From the NCBI RefSeq assembly GCF_902459465.1, contig NW_022985740.1, positions 1 to 64,000 of the forward strand: a stretch of DNA of 64,000 nucleotides, written 5' to 3'. The position numbers were made by a program, and so were the translations under genes. This stretch comes from Asterias rubens. Lineage: Eukaryota. Positions 62,350-64,000 of this stretch are shown piece by piece; the first letter of the stretch is position 1; each line of letters opens with the position of its first letter. The notes beneath the pieces are model-generated. The model was not told where the DNA came from. It saw only the letters and a program-made list of their open reading frames with translations, and made no database searches.

Positions 62350-62715
62350 GGATATGACTCCTGGCCAATTAAAACTGTGGTTTATCTCTGCATTTCTCAT
62401 GAACAAGCTCCTTTTCAACACCCATGTTAGGCCATGAATACTATTCTTTACATCTATTCTTGATAATCTTATAGTCTTATCTGAAGGCAAAACAAAATAC
62501 ACTCTTCGAGTAAATGTAAATATAGCTTTAAAAACAATGAAATTATCACATAAAAGCTTATAAAATGTAACATTTTACTGTTCAATTTTTTTTAATCTAA
62601 AAAGTCATGGTTTCCAAGAGGATGCACCAGGGTGAGGGGGGGCAAGTTCATTAACTGGGCGTACACATTGAGTAAGCTAGGGAAGGGTGGTCAACACCTG
62701 ACCATCCCGCTGTCC

Positions 62716-62732
62716 ATTATTATTATTATTAA

Positions 62733-62776
<44 letters not shown>

Positions 62777-62817
62777 GCAACGACAACGACAACGACAACG
62801 ACAACAACAACAACAAC
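62716..62817. repeat. Compound microsatellite (ATT)5-(AAC/GAC)n
   Basis: Directly visible; mostly AACGAC hexamers. Confidence 0.95.
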
Positions 62818-64000
62818 ATGCGTTTTATTTACACAAAGTGTTAACCCATATACAAGCAATCATTCGTTTATTCTTTCCAGTGTGGAGGCTGCAACAACGC
62901 ATGGTACTGTAACAAGGATTGCCAGAGAAGTGATTGGGCAAATCATAAGTCGTCATGCGACAAAACAAAGGCAGCTATAGTGACAGTTGCAGCTCAATTA
63001 AGGGAGTTATATTGTACAATGCAAACGGACACACTTGGTGGTTCCCCTTATTATTTTGGAAACACTATTGCCGAAGACTTCCTTCAACTTGACAATAATG
63101 AATGGTCTGATGGGTCCATGAAGAAAACTGACTTGAACAGGGATTATCATATTTTGTCAGCTGGTTGCGGAGACTTACGCAACACTGTCTTGACAGCAGC
63201 TTCCCTTCCTGCCAGGTACCAGGGAAGTCTTTACATCACTCTCAATGACTTTGACCCTTTTGTCATGGCAAGGAATGTCTTGTTTCTCTTTATGTTGGTT
63301 CGGTTTGCAGACACTGAGGGAATTGAGAGCAGTCTGACTACCATCTGGTACTCAGTTCACATTACAAAGAAAGAGTATGACCTGATCAAGACCAGCTTGG
63401 ATGAGCTCATTCAGATGACCCCTCAAAGTCTCACAGAGGTCACTCAAGGGTTGGTCAAAGTTCAAGGTAAAGATCTTGCAGACATGAGTCAAGTTTGGGA
63501 CAAATGGAGATCACTAGAATGCCAACGAAAGAAACAATCCTCAATTAATCTCAGAAAACAAAGACAAACTGCGTTTGAGAAATTTAAACAGCAGCATGGG
63601 GAGGGCGTTAAGCATTGCTATACAAATCTTTCACAGTCACCTGCTAGTAAAAAGCAAACTGAAAAATGGTTTGACCATGGGTTATTCCTCCCCAAAGAGA
63701 CAAAACATATAGCAGTGACATTTGATAACCCAACCCTAACAGGACGTAAAGCTGTAGCAGCTCCTGGTTACGATGTTGTACCTGTACCGTGGGCTGGCCC
63801 CAAAAAGCCAAAGGATTATGCCTTTGAGTACTGCATCAGACCAGATTCACATCCTTTCATAGTGTGGGATTGCTTGAGAGTGAGGGAGTCCGAGACCAGA
63901 CCCTACCCAACCCCCTATGGTGATGTATCACAACTACATCACAAAACTCCTCAAGAAGGTAAAAAGCTTCATCCAGAATGGAAGACTTTTTATTCAAGTG

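Larger units (their letters stand above)
61945..64000 (+). pseudogene. Copy 8 (mosaic), frameshifted, truncated by the window end
   Basis: Exon 1 at 61945-62129 has a 13-nt deletion (GAACAAGATCATG) giving TGA at 62122-62124. Exon 2 from 62881 is open until an extra C at 63911-63915. Confidence 0.85.

Noticed and set aside
62632-62859. Poly-ND and poly-V ORFs
   Set aside because: Microsatellite translation.

Overview
AT-rich eukaryotic (animal) genomic DNA with GT-AG introns. The repeat families resemble ones I associate with sea-star/echinoderm genomes (inference only). The whole window is a same-strand tandem array of one gene family: a 66-codon exon (MYND-type Zn finger plus the start of a second), a phase-0 intron, and a ~1.7 kb exon (end of MYND 2, a DUF4470-like domain with SAM-binding-like motifs, and a C-terminal region). 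A conserved 5'UTR intron precedes each ATG. There are 8 long copies: 5 intact (16536, 24929, 39430, 47823, 53626) and 3 disrupted (785, 32812, and 61945, which runs off the window), plus a 3'-half fragment and several relics. The enzyme-like core is nucleotide-identical across otherwise divergent copies, while three segments are hypervariable and diverge more than neighbouring introns. Some copies are mosaics, and kappaB-like motifs lie upstream. Together this suggests a rapidly diversifying, possibly defence-related family (inference). The array is full of transposons: TTAA-targeting Kolobok-like MITEs, PIF/Harbinger-like elements, a recent RTE LINE that rewrote one gene's C-terminus, L2 fragments, a solo LTR, tRNA-derived SINE-like units, and Penelope fragments with a minimal hammerhead ribozyme nested in a (TA)n tract. 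No rRNA, true tRNA or CRISPR array was seen.
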